From positions 32,001 to 96,000 of the forward strand of contig CAWAUM010000003.1 of the NCBI GenBank assembly GCA_963785235.1: a stretch of 64,000 bases of DNA, given 5' to 3'. The DNA is from an uncultured delta proteobacterium (GTDB lineage Bacteria; Desulfobacterota; Desulfomonilia; UBA1062). Shown piece by piece: positions 30,094 through 39,679 of this stretch. Every line of letters starts with the position of its first letter. The first letter of the stretch is position 1. The notes beneath the pieces are model-generated. The model saw only the letters and a program-made list of their open reading frames with translations. It did no database searches and was not told where the DNA came from. The position numbers and the translations under genes were made by a program.

Positions 30094-30972
30094 CTAAAAG
30101 GTATTCCATTCGGTTGATGCCATGGGCAGATAACCCTTTTCCTGCATGAGCACATCCAGGTGCACAAGGCTGAGCGCTGTTACCTCCCCATGGAATTCCG
30201 TCAGATCGCTCAATTTATTCAGTGTGATGAGGTAGCGCTTGCACTTGGTACACACAAAGGTCGATTCCTGCTCCTTTCCTTCGATGAAGAAATAGTCCAT
30301 GGCCTTCTGGTCTCTGTTCTCACAGGAAGGGCAGATGACCCGGCTGAAGGTCCACTCGTTGCCGCACTGGGAGCAGTGAAGCCACCGTTTTGCAATGCCG
30401 TCATCAATCCTGGCAACCATGGGGGCTGCGCCGCAGATGGGGCAGAAGCCCTTGTCCCAGGTGAAGTCTTTTACAAGCCCGGCCCAGTCTTTACTCCTCT
30501 TTTCAAGGATTACCCGGGAGGCTATATGGGCGAGGAAGGTGACGGCCTGTTCGGTGATGTCGTGATCTGCAGACAATTTCTTTATAAGACCTTGTGAATC
30601 CTCATGCGTGGCCTCAACGAATTCTCTGAGGTCCAATAACCCTTTCTTGATAAGGCCCTTGAGCCGTTCAAGGTCGGGCCTCAAGGCAGGGAATCCCTTT
30701 ATGATGGCAGGGATGAGGGAAAGCGAGATATCCTTCCAGGGGTCATCCGGGAAAAAGAGGCTGTTCTGGATGCTAAGCGGTACGCCTGCCTTGAACCGGA
30801 TCTCGTCCAGGTTCATGGAGGTGTCTGTCTTCGATTCCATGCCTTCCACAAGCCTGGCCTTTTCCAGCAGGACAGGCCTGAAGGGCTCGATGATGCCGTG
30901 GCTGTGGGGATAGTTTGCGAGAGCCGTATCAAGGATCTTTTCCAGCTTTTTTCTGTTGGTGGCAGTCTTCAT
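30094..30972 (-). CDS. fdhE: Formate dehydrogenase maturation protein FdhE
   Basis: CPICG, CSQC, CPSC and CTKC motifs; LD.LM.E.GY tail. Confidence 0.9.
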   Translation of the reverse strand: MKTATNRKKLEKILDTALANYPHSHGIIEPFRPVLLEKARLVEGMESKTDTSMNLDEIRFKAGVPLSIQNSLFFPDDPWKDISLSLIPAIIKGFPALRPDLERLKGLIKKGLLDLREFVEATHEDSQGLIKKLSADHDITEQAVTFLAHIASRVILEKRSKDWAGLVKDFTWDKGFCPICGAAPMVARIDDGIAKRWLHCSQCGNEWTFSRVICPSCENRDQKAMDYFFIEGKEQESTFVCTKCKRYLITLNKLSDLTEFHGEVTALSLVHLDVLMQEKGYLPMASTEWNTF

Positions 30973-31129
30973 GCAGTCCGTCCTTTGAATCAATTATGTT
31001 CTTTAAAGCAGACAATCTATGCGAAGCACCACAGCGTGTCAAGGAAGGATGTTGAGGGAAAGCAGGGTTGCAGAATACATTATATTATGGTAAGCAAAAC
31101 ATAATTAAACAGTAGAGGAGTTCACAGAG

Positions 31130-31876
31130 ATGCGCACCAGGATGATGCTGCTTATTGCCTTTTTGTTTTTGGGGTCGCTGAACGCTATTGCCTCTGACCA
31201 GAAGATCACAGCCGGTGTTGCCGCGAATTTCATTGTGCCCTTCGGCGAGATCGCTGGGCTCTTCGAGAAAGGGACCGGCATCCATGTGGAGCCTGTGTTT
31301 GCTTCCAGCGGCAAGCTTTATGCCCAGATCATAAGCGGCGCTCCCTACGATGTGTTCCTGTCCGCCGATGAAGACCGTCCGGCCAAGCTGTTCAAGGATG
31401 GCCTGGTTCAGAAACCTTTTGTCTATGCAAAAGGACAGGTGGTGCTCTGGTCTGCGGACAAGAAATTCTGCAGCAGCGCCAAGGACTGGGGCACTGTGTT
31501 ACGCTCAAGTAATATAAAAAAGATTGCCATTGCAAACCCCGAGACAGCACCATATGGAGCCGTGGCAATGACGGCACTCAAGGCCGCAGGTCTCCATGAG
31601 ACACTCAAGGAGAAGCTCGTGTTCCCCCAGGACATCGGACAGGCCTTCCAGTATGCCTCTACCGGTTCCGTGGACGCCGGGTTCTGTGCCTTGTCTTCCG
31701 CCATGACTGAAGAGGGGAAGAAGGGATGTTACTTTATCGTGGAACAGGCCCCGCAGGTGGTACAGGCAGCGTGCGTACTGGTGAAGGGAACCAACCATAC
31801 AGCGGCCGAGCGGTTTGCAGCGTTTCTTGTGACACCTGAAGCCATCCGCGTGAAAGAAAAATATGGATACCGGTAG
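31130..31876 (+). CDS. modA: Molybdate ABC transporter substrate-binding protein
   Basis: AAN, SSGKLYAQI..GAP.DVFLSA and IANP.TAPYG motifs. Confidence 0.93.
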   Translation: MRTRMMLLIAFLFLGSLNAIASDQKITAGVAANFIVPFGEIAGLFEKGTGIHVEPVFASSGKLYAQIISGAPYDVFLSADEDRPAKLFKDGLVQKPFVYAKGQVVLWSADKKFCSSAKDWGTVLRSSNIKKIAIANPETAPYGAVAMTALKAAGLHETLKEKLVFPQDIGQAFQYASTGSVDAGFCALSSAMTEEGKKGCYFIVEQAPQVVQAACVLVKGTNHTAAERFAAFLVTPEAIRVKEKYGYR

Positions 31877-32546
31877 TATCCTGCTCCCCCTGTGGCTTTC
31901 CTTTAAGCTCTCGGTGGTGACCACGGCCGTGTTGCTCGTCATGGGGGCACTCCTTGCCTACATGCTCGTGTACCGGAGGGTCCCGCTGAAGACCATAGTG
32001 GAATCTCTCATCACACTGCCCATGGTGCTGCCGCCAACAGTGCTCGGTTTCTACCTCCTTGTGGTCATGGGGCCAAAGGGGGCGGCAGGCAATGCCTGGC
32101 AGGCCATGACCGGCTCATCTCTCCTCTTCACCTTCACGGGCATCGTGATCGCCTCTGTCTTCTACAGCCTGCCCTTTGCAGTACAACCGCTCAAGGCGGC
32201 CTTTGCCCGCATCGACCGGCGGATTCTCGAAAATGCCGCTGTGCTGGGTCTTTCACCGCTGGCCATCTTCTTCCGGGTCGTCATCCCGAATTCCCTGGCC
32301 GGTTTTGCCGCAGCCGCGATCCTGGTTTTTCTGCACACCATGGGGGAATTCGGTGTTATCCTCATGGTTGGAGGCAGCATACCCGGTGAGACCAGGGTGG
32401 CCTCCATCGCCGTCTACGAGGCTGTGGAGTCTCTCAGGTACCAGGATGCATGGATCATGTCCGTGGTTCTGGCGCTGATCAGTTTTTCTTTTCTCATCGT
32501 TGTGAACCGCCTGACCGGAGAGGGTGCCAATGGCTTTACAGGCTGA
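31863..32546 (+). CDS. modB: Molybdate ABC transporter permease
   Basis: LPMVLPPTVLGFYLL and GEFG...MVGGSIPGET motifs. Confidence 0.94.
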   Translation: MDTGSILLPLWLSFKLSVVTTAVLLVMGALLAYMLVYRRVPLKTIVESLITLPMVLPPTVLGFYLLVVMGPKGAAGNAWQAMTGSSLLFTFTGIVIASVFYSLPFAVQPLKAAFARIDRRILENAAVLGLSPLAIFFRVVIPNSLAGFAAAAILVFLHTMGEFGVILMVGGSIPGETRVASIAVYEAVESLRYQDAWIMSVVLALISFSFLIVVNRLTGEGANGFTG

Positions 32547-33281
32547 CATCACCCGGAGGCTGAAGCACTACACCCTGAAGGTCTCGCTTTCATGCGAAGC
32601 AGGTAAAATACTGTCCATCGTCGGACCTTCGGGCGCGGGCAAGACCACGATCCTGCGCATCATTGCAGGTCTGGATACGCCGGATGAAGGCAGCATCACC
32701 TGCGGGACAGAGACATGGACGGACATGGGAAAAGGGATCATGATACCCACCCGCAGGCGGGCTATCGGCATGGTCTTCCAGGAGTTCCCCCTGTTTCCGC
32801 ACCTGAGCGTCTGGAAGAATGTCTGTTTCTCCGCCCAGGACAAGGATCTCGCCCGGGCGTATATGGAACGGTTCGGCATCTGGCACCTGAAGGACAGCAG
32901 GCCGGATGCCATCTCGGGTGGTGAAAAGCAGCGGTGCGCAATCTGCCAGGCCCTTGCCCGGAAACCGCAGGCGCTGCTCATGGACGAACCGTTCTCAGCC
33001 TTGACCCGCTCACCAGAAGGAATCTCCGCGATGCACTGCGCTTCATGAAGGCAGAGCTAAACATCCCCATCATCCATGTCACCCATGACATCCGGGAGGC
33101 ATTGTTCCTGGCCGACGAGATCCTGCCCGTGGTGAACGGCCGCGTATTCCACAAGTGGCTGCTCCAGTTCATGATCACGGCAAAAGAGGGATTCCAGTGC
33201 AGGGAACATAACCGTGAATCAGCCGAAGAGATGTTTGACGAGATCGAACTGCCAATAAGAATTAAGGAGTATATGAGATGA
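32530..33281 (+). CDS. modC: Molybdate ABC transporter ATPase; -1 indel near 33000
   Basis: GPSGAGKT, ISGGEKQR and DEPFSA motifs, then LDP...HVTHD in another frame. Confidence 0.88.
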
Positions 33282-33892
33282 ATATCGGAACATACACCAT
33301 CGACGACTATATGCACCTGGTCAAGTCATTCCACGGAAATGTCGCTCCGGGCCTCATCATCGGAGGGTTCATGGTGGACCTTGCCATGAAGAACCTGCCG
33401 GAGGGCATCCTGTACGATGCCATCTGCGAGACCCAGACATGTCTCCCGGATGCGGTGCAGCTGCTGACACCCTGCACCGTAGGCAATGGGTGGCTCAGGG
33501 TGCTCGGGTTCGGCCGTTTTGCCCTGTGCCTGTATGACAAGTACGAGGGCGACGGGGTGCGGGTGTTCATGGACCCGAAAAAGCTTAAGGACTGGCCCGA
33601 GATCAATGCATGGTTCTTCAAGCTCAAGGCCAAGAAAGATCAGGATGCAGCGGCCCTGAGAGACCAGATCATAGAAGCGGGTACTGAGATCCTCACCATA
33701 GAGCGTGTGCACGTGGACAGTACCAAGATCGGAAAGAAGGGCAAGGGGGCCATCGCCACATGCCCCTCGTGCGGCGAGGCATACCCGGCAAAAGATGGAG
33801 CAACTTGCCTTGCCTGCCAGGGAGGCAACCCGTATAAACAGAGATTACCGGAAGATAAACATGGAACCAAGCCAACCTTGAAAATTATATAA
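33278..33892 (+). CDS. FmdE-family protein with C-terminal zinc finger
   Basis: FHG..APG, CLPDAVQ.LTPCT.GNG and CPSCGE...C.AC motifs. Confidence 0.88.
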   Translation: MNIGTYTIDDYMHLVKSFHGNVAPGLIIGGFMVDLAMKNLPEGILYDAICETQTCLPDAVQLLTPCTVGNGWLRVLGFGRFALCLYDKYEGDGVRVFMDPKKLKDWPEINAWFFKLKAKKDQDAAALRDQIIEAGTEILTIERVHVDSTKIGKKGKGAIATCPSCGEAYPAKDGATCLACQGGNPYKQRLPEDKHGTKPTLKII

Positions 33893-33929
33893 TCCGGATT
33901 TTACATTGAAGAGGAGTAAAAAAACTTAA

Positions 33930-34015
33930 TCCGTTAAAAATCTCAATCTTGCAGCCTTTGGTGAATGCTGATTTTCTCGGTCCTTCAAGGCTGCAAGATT
34001 GAGGTTTTTAACGGA
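33930..34015 (-). repeat. Palindromic interspersed element copy A (29-bp arms, 28-nt loop), inverted relative to B and C
   Basis: TCCGTTAAAAATCTCAATCTTGCAGCCTT / AAGGCTGCAAGATTGAGGTTTTTAACGGA. Confidence 0.92.
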
Positions 34016-34084
34016 CCTATTTAAAAACAATTCCAATGTTATTATGAGTTCTTTACTAAAGGGTAAGCGAGACAAAAATTCAAC

Positions 34085-35203
34085 TCAAGATCGTTTATAT
34101 GAGGACAACTGTTCGGGCTGCAGAATAACATGTACGGCAGTGGCCTTGAATACGGCAACGATGCGCATCCCGGTTTCTATGTGCAGGTCATCCATTGCCT
34201 GCTGTGTCACATGAGCACTGAGCGGGAAACCGCAATCGATCTGTATCCTGAAAAGGAGCCCGATGGTCTGTATCTTCGTCACAGTACCTGGAAAAACATT
34301 CCGGGCGCTCGAGTCGGCAGCATAGTCTGCGGGAAAGACCATGACGCTCTCCGGGCGTATGAAGCACATGACCCGCTCTCCTAAAGAAAAGGCGCCTGTG
34401 CCATAGATGCTCTGATGGTTGATGCCCACTTCGAGCACGCCCCCGGAAGATCCTCTCACCTCTCCTGCAAGCATGGTTTCGACCCCGACGAATAGGGCAA
34501 CGGTCTCATTGACCGGTTGGTGAATCACCGAAGACGGGGTGCCTATCTGTACGATCCTGCCGCCATCCATCACCGCGATCCGACTGGAGAGCCGCAGGGC
34601 ATCCATACGATCATGGGTGGCCATGATGGCAGTGGTATGCTTAATCCTCATGACGTGGCCCAGGTCTTCGATGATGGATTCCTTGGTGGGCGGGTCCAGC
34701 GATGCAAAGGGTTCGTCTAATAAAATCAATTCCGGGTCAGTGGCAAAGGCCCTGGCCAGGCTTGTCCTCTGCGCCTCACCGCCGGAGATCTTCCGGGCCG
34801 AGCGGGATGACAGGTGAGAGATACCGAAGAGCGCAAGGTTTTCTTCCACCACCGGCCGAATCCGGGACCGGCCCATGCCTCGAATCTTGAGCCCGGATGC
34901 CACGTTGTCGTAGACCGTTGCATCGAAAAGGAGAGGCTCCTGGAATACCATGGCCACGCGGCGCCGGAAAGCAAGCACCTCTGTCCCGTTATCTACGCGC
35001 CTTCCCTGGAAACTGAGTTCGCCTGCCTCACGTTTCACAAGACCTGCCAGGCTCACCAGCAGCGTGGACTTACCCGTGCCGTTGGGACCGATGATGGAGA
35101 GGAATTCCCCTTTCGCCACAGAGAACTCGGGGATATCGAGTACGGGTGTTCCCCCGCGGCTGACCCTCAGGCCGCTCACCTGCAGGATGGTATCGCTGCT
35201 CAT
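34085..35203 (-). CDS. tupC: Tungstate ABC transporter ATPase with TOBE domains
   Basis: GPNGTGKS, ISGGEAQR and DEP motifs; C-terminal SARN...FKATAV. Confidence 0.88.
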   Translation of the reverse strand: MSSDTILQVSGLRVSRGGTPVLDIPEFSVAKGEFLSIIGPNGTGKSTLLVSLAGLVKREAGELSFQGRRVDNGTEVLAFRRRVAMVFQEPLLFDATVYDNVASGLKIRGMGRSRIRPVVEENLALFGISHLSSRSARKISGGEAQRTSLARAFATDPELILLDEPFASLDPPTKESIIEDLGHVMRIKHTTAIMATHDRMDALRLSSRIAVMDGGRIVQIGTPSSVIHQPVNETVALFVGVETMLAGEVRGSSGGVLEVGINHQSIYGTGAFSLGERVMCFIRPESVMVFPADYAADSSARNVFPGTVTKIQTIGLLFRIQIDCGFPLSAHVTQQAMDDLHIETGMRIVAVFKATAVHVILQPEQLSSYKRS

Positions 35204-35900
35204 CGAGGCCGCTCCCGCTGCTGGATGCTCGGTGAGGATGGCATTGATACAGAAGCTGAAGAGCAAGAGGATCACTCCGAGTGCAATGGCAACATCGAAA
35301 TTGCCCCGGCCGGTCTCCATGACCGTTGCCGTGGTCAGCACCCGCGTATAACCCTTGATGTTGCCGCCCACCATGATGGAGGCCCCGACCTCGGAGATGA
35401 CCCCGCCGAACCCTGCCATCACCGCTGCGAGCAGGGGCAGCCTGGCCTCCTTGATGAGCATCCAGATCATCTGGAGCCGGGTGGCACCCAAGCGCCAGGA
35501 TCTGGAGTCGCAGGGCCTCAGGGAGCTTCTGGATGGAGGCCAGCGATATCCCTGCTACGATGGGCGTGGCAATGACGGCCTGGGCGATGATGATGGCCAT
35601 GGGTGTGTAGAGGAGTTCCAGCATGCCGAAGGGGCCGTTGCGCCACAGGAAGATCGTCACGAACAGGCCTACAACAACAGGAGGCACGCCCATGCCGGTA
35701 TTGATGAGGCTTACCACAAGCCTGCGGCCGGGGAAGCGCGTCAGTGCCACAACCGTTCCCAGCGATATGCCTATGAAGAGGCTGATGAAGGTGGCCAGCC
35801 CGGAAACCTTGAGCGAGAGCCACGTGATCCCGAGCACCTCGGGGTCAAACGTTATCAAGAGCCAGAGTGCCTTTTTAATACCTTCTAGGATCAGCTCCAT
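35200..35900 (-). CDS. tupB: Tungstate ABC transporter permease; indels near 35490 and 35230
   Basis: NTGMG.PPVVVGL and SEVGA..MVGGNI.G.TRVLTT motifs; corrected frame ends IQQRERPR* overlapping the tupC ATG. Confidence 0.88.
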
Positions 35901-35937
35901 GGCACTTCCTTATGGCTCATCTTTAATATGAGAAGAA

Positions 35938-35961
35938 CCGGGCAGGAAAGTCCCTGCCCGG
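35938..35961 (-). other. Intergenic stem-loop between tupA and tupB (likely mRNA stabiliser)
   Basis: CCGGGCAGG-AAAGTC-CCTGCCCGG with no clear U-tract. Confidence 0.55.
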
Positions 35962-35978
35962 CATATTACATGTGGACC

Positions 35979-36827
35979 TTAATCGAACTCAGGTTTGCCT
36001 GCGTCCGGGAAAAACAGCGGGCTGCCGTACTTGTCCACACCGAACTTGGCAATGATGTCCTGTACCTCCTTGCTGACCATGAAGTCGGCAAAGGCTTTGG
36101 CTGCAGGGGCATTCACCTTGGGGAACTTGGTCGGATTCACATCGATGACGTGGTAGATGTTCAGCAATACCTTGTCTCCTTCCACCAGGATATCCAGGCC
36201 GAGGTTTTTCTTCAGCGACAGGTAGGTGCCACGGTCGGCAAGGGTATAGGTCTTCTTCTCGGCTGCCACAGCGAGCGTCTGGCCCATGCCGAGGCCTGTC
36301 TGCTGATACCATTTCTGTCCTTCAGGATTGATCCCGGCTGCCTTCCAGACATCTTTCTCCTTGGCGTGCGTTCCGGAGTTGTCGCCACGCGACATGAAGA
36401 CAGCACCCTTGGCAGCGATCTGCTTGAAGGCCTCGGCTGCGGATTTCATGCCCTTGATGCCGGCGGGATCGGACGGCGGTCCCACGATGATAAAGTCATT
36501 ATGCATGACGAGCTTGCGGTTGACACCGTTTCCTTCGCTCATGAACTTCTTCTCAGCAGCGGGCGAGTGCACGAGCAGGACATCGGCCTCGCCCTTGGCG
36601 CCCATGGCCATGGCCTGGCCTGACCCTACCGCAATGGTCTTTACGAAGAAACCGGTCTTCTTCTCAAAGATCGGGTTGAGCACATCCAGCAGTCCCGTGT
36701 CCTGGGTGCTGGTGGTGGTGGCCAGGATCAGGTTCTTCTGCTCGGCGGCCGAGGCCGGTGAGCTCACAAACAGGGCTGCCATGCACAGGGCCAGTATCCA
36801 TACCAACGACAGGTTACGTATCTTCAT
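35979..36827 (-). CDS. tupA: Tungstate-binding periplasmic protein
   Basis: ATTTS, N.F.IVGP..DPA and SRGDNSGTH motifs. Confidence 0.93.
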   Translation of the reverse strand: MKIRNLSLVWILALCMAALFVSSPASAAEQKNLILATTTSTQDTGLLDVLNPIFEKKTGFFVKTIAVGSGQAMAMGAKGEADVLLVHSPAAEKKFMSEGNGVNRKLVMHNDFIIVGPPSDPAGIKGMKSAAEAFKQIAAKGAVFMSRGDNSGTHAKEKDVWKAAGINPEGQKWYQQTGLGMGQTLAVAAEKKTYTLADRGTYLSLKKNLGLDILVEGDKVLLNIYHVIDVNPTKFPKVNAPAAKAFADFMVSKEVQDIIAKFGVDKYGSPLFFPDAGKPEFD

Positions 36828-36855
36828 GATTTTCTCCTTTTCTCTATTCTTACGT

Positions 36856-37710
36856 TTACTGTTTCTTGTTCTTTGCCTTGAATGCGTCAGACTCCGGGAA
36901 GAACAGGGGCTGGCCGTATGTGTCCTTGCCGAAGGACTCGATGATCTTCTGGCCCTTGTCCGGGTCAGTGAGCCAGTTCACAAAGGACATGGCCTCCTTG
37001 TTATAGACCCGGGGGCACTTTGCCGGGTTCACCGGGATGAGTGAGATATGGTTGAGGAGCGCTTCGTCCCCTTCCACCAGTACCACGAGCTTGATCTTGT
37101 CCTTTATTGTCAGGTAAGTAGCCCGGTCGATCACGGTATAGGATGCCTTCTGGTCGGTGAAAAGCAGGGTCGGCACATTCCCTTCGGAACCCTTCTCATA
37201 CACGGTATACCATGCCCCGGATGGGTTGATGCCGGCCTTGGCCCAGAGATCCATTTCAGCAATATGGGTGCCTGATTTGTCTCCCCGGCTGATGAAAGGG
37301 CGCGCCTTTGTAGAAATTGCCTTAAGTGCCTCTGTGGCAGACTTCATGCCCTTGATCCCAGCCGGGTCCGAGGCCGGACCCACGATGACGAAGTCGTTGT
37401 ACATGAGCGGGATGCGGCCGGTGCCGAAGCCAGCTGCCACAAACTTCTCTTCCAGGGCCTTGGCATGCACCAGGACGAGGTCCACGCTACACTGCTCCCC
37501 TATCTTGATCGCTGCACCCGTACCCGCCCCCACATGCCGCACCCGTATGCCTGTCTCCTTCTCGAACTGATTTTCGAGCGCATCGACAATTCCCGAGTCG
37601 ATGGGACCGATTGTACTGGCCATAAGGATAAACCCTTCGGCCTCAGCTCGTCCGGGTGCCGGCAGACATATGAACAAAGCGCACACAACTATGAAAAGCC
37701 ACTTTCCCAT
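36856..37710 (-). CDS. Second TupA-family oxyanion-binding protein with a variant motif
   Basis: SRGDKSGTH and NDFVIVGP retained; ASTIGP replaces ATTTS. Confidence 0.85.
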   Translation of the reverse strand: MGKWLFIVVCALFICLPAPGRAEAEGFILMASTIGPIDSGIVDALENQFEKETGIRVRHVGAGTGAAIKIGEQCSVDLVLVHAKALEEKFVAAGFGTGRIPLMYNDFVIVGPASDPAGIKGMKSATEALKAISTKARPFISRGDKSGTHIAEMDLWAKAGINPSGAWYTVYEKGSEGNVPTLLFTDQKASYTVIDRATYLTIKDKIKLVVLVEGDEALLNHISLIPVNPAKCPRVYNKEAMSFVNWLTDPDKGQKIIESFGKDTYGQPLFFPESDAFKAKNKKQ

Positions 37711-37802
37711 AATTTTTCCTCCCTTAATTTCGTTGACTACATGGTCTCTGTATTTTTATAAATTCTGTGTTGCCAAGCTTATTCATTCCCTCATCTGAAA
37801 GA

Positions 37803-38720
37803 CTATTTCGGATACACGACCATTCCAGTCTCCCGGTCGCTGTATCCCTTCATCATCTCGAGAAGGCCCCTGAAATGAGGTGACCTTATGAACTCTACAA
37901 ATGCCTGGACATGGCGATCAAAGAAGGCCTCCTTTTTCACAACCATGTCGAACCGCTCTTCAAAGATTGGGAAGAACACCAGTCGGGAACTCACAGCAAC
38001 CGACTCGGCAGCTATTCCCACGTCCGTCAGGCCTGTGGCAACAGACCGCACCACGTCATAGTGGGTGAAAACCTGGTCATTATACCCTGTGAGCTCAGAC
38101 GGCTTAATTCCTTCATCCTCAATGAGACGATCAACAAGGGCACGAACACCCGATCCCTCCTGCCGGTTGATGAAACGCAGCTTGTTGTCCACGCATTCCT
38201 TCATGGACTGCACTGCCACATCTCTCGATACAAATCCAATAGTCCGATGAAAGAGGTTTATCACAACCAGTTCATCCGCGTTTTGAAAGTACTCCCGGAT
38301 ACAGAAAAAATTGAAGTCATCCAGTTTGTTATCATAGAGGTGACTCACTGCAATTGTGCAGAAACTTTCCTTTAAAAGCCTGATCCCTTCCCTGCTCCCC
38401 ACGCTGGACGAAAATAAGAGGTAATCCGGGAACATCTTGTGAAAATGTCCCTGGGCAATGGAGATGACCGGGTCATCGGACCCGCACATAAGCAATACCT
38501 TTTTGTTGACCAGCGATTCCCAGAATGGTTTTTTAACTGTTTCCAGTGCCTTGCCCTTCACAAACAGTTCGAGTTGGGCCTTTGGAAAAAGCCATTTGCC
38601 TGTTACCTTTGTCCCGGGCAGCCTTCCTTCCTTAACCAGGGCATAGAGTTTTTTTTCATTGATATTGAGGAACTTTGATGCCTCTTTAACTGTCAATAAG
38701 TCGCTATTTTCTTCTTTCAT
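37803..38720 (-). CDS. Excisionase-type HTH plus PBP-like molybdate/tungstate-sensing regulator (TaoR-like)
   Basis: LLTVKEASKFL...K.Y.L.KEG.LP.TK..GKWLF; GSDD, GS..G and FINRQ.GSG.R motifs. Confidence 0.85.
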   Translation of the reverse strand: MKEENSDLLTVKEASKFLNINEKKLYALVKEGRLPGTKVTGKWLFPKAQLELFVKGKALETVKKPFWESLVNKKVLLMCGSDDPVISIAQGHFHKMFPDYLLFSSSVGSREGIRLLKESFCTIAVSHLYDNKLDDFNFFCIREYFQNADELVVINLFHRTIGFVSRDVAVQSMKECVDNKLRFINRQEGSGVRALVDRLIEDEGIKPSELTGYNDQVFTHYDVVRSVATGLTDVGIAAESVAVSSRLVFFPIFEERFDMVVKKEAFFDRHVQAFVEFIRSPHFRGLLEMMKGYSDRETGMVVYPK

Positions 38721-39018
38721 TTTTTTCCTCGAAAATAATTGCTTATCATTACCATAAATCATATATATTCACCAAGCCTCTGTTCATCTTTATTCTTTAT
38801 AATACTTGTAGGACTTAAGGATATTCTATGCCCGCTTACTATTCATGCATGCGCGGGAGATAAACCTGTATTCTGACAACAACCAGGCAAGACTTCCCTG
38901 ATGGATTATGGATTAAATATTGAATGGCAGGATTTTTATGTCGGCGAAGTCCTGTACGGTTAGGGAGTACCTTTCCGCCACAGGACCTGGCCGGGAATGG
39001 AAAAATGCCTCAGTAAGA

Positions 39019-39570
39019 TTATTTCTCTGCGCCGTCGGGTTGAGGTTCTGCTTTGACTGCTTCAGGCTCGACCTTGGGTTCCTTTGCCTTGGTTTTCTTT
39101 TCAGGCTTGGGCTCCTTCTCAGGCTTTGCCTCCTTCTCGGCCTTAGGTTCCTTATCAGGCTTAGGCTCTTTTTCGGCCTTGGGTTCCTTCACAGGCTTAG
39201 GCTCTTTTTCGACCTTGGGTTCCTTTTCGGCCTTAGGTTCCTTCGGGGCCTTATCAGACTTGGCCTTCTTTTCCTTCTTAGGGGCCGGGGCCTCTACAAC
39301 GGCCTTCTTAACCTTTTCCTTCACTACCGGTGCGGCCTTCTTCTCTTCCTTGACCCTGGCCATTTCCTTGATCTTCTCATCCTTGGCCAGAATAGCCCGT
39401 AACCTGAATGCAGTATCCTTGATCTTTGCCTTGATCTTGCGGACCACGGTATCTTTGGTTATCTCTTTTGCACTTACCCCTTCGCTCTTCAGGACCTCCA
39501 GGCGCTGGTTCAGCTTAAGTTCCCACTGCGCCTTCTGAGTTTCCCTGACATTTTTCAATTTGGACGCCAT
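39019..39570 (-). CDS. Basic coiled-coil protein with a KEPK(A/P/V)E repeat tail
   Basis: AGGAG RBS; about nine hexapeptide units encoded by 18-bp tandem repeats. Confidence 0.8.
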   Translation of the reverse strand: MASKLKNVRETQKAQWELKLNQRLEVLKSEGVSAKEITKDTVVRKIKAKIKDTAFRLRAILAKDEKIKEMARVKEEKKAAPVVKEKVKKAVVEAPAPKKEKKAKSDKAPKEPKAEKEPKVEKEPKPVKEPKAEKEPKPDKEPKAEKEAKPEKEPKPEKKTKAKEPKVEPEAVKAEPQPDGAEK

Positions 39571-39679
39571 TACTACTCCTTTCTCCTGATATCGTCTGCC
39601 ACCTTGGCTTACAAAGCATACACAATCCAATTTTGGCAAGGGTTTCCTGTGTAGCATAGATTAACAGCATTTTCCAGAA

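Noticed and set aside
34085-35491. Apparent permease-ATPase fusion (468 aa ORF)
   Set aside because: Caused by an extra base near 35230; the corrected frame gives a tupB stop overlapping the tupC ATG
39060-39260. Tandem repeats as a CRISPR array
   Set aside because: 18-bp in-frame coding units with no spacers; no cas genes in the window
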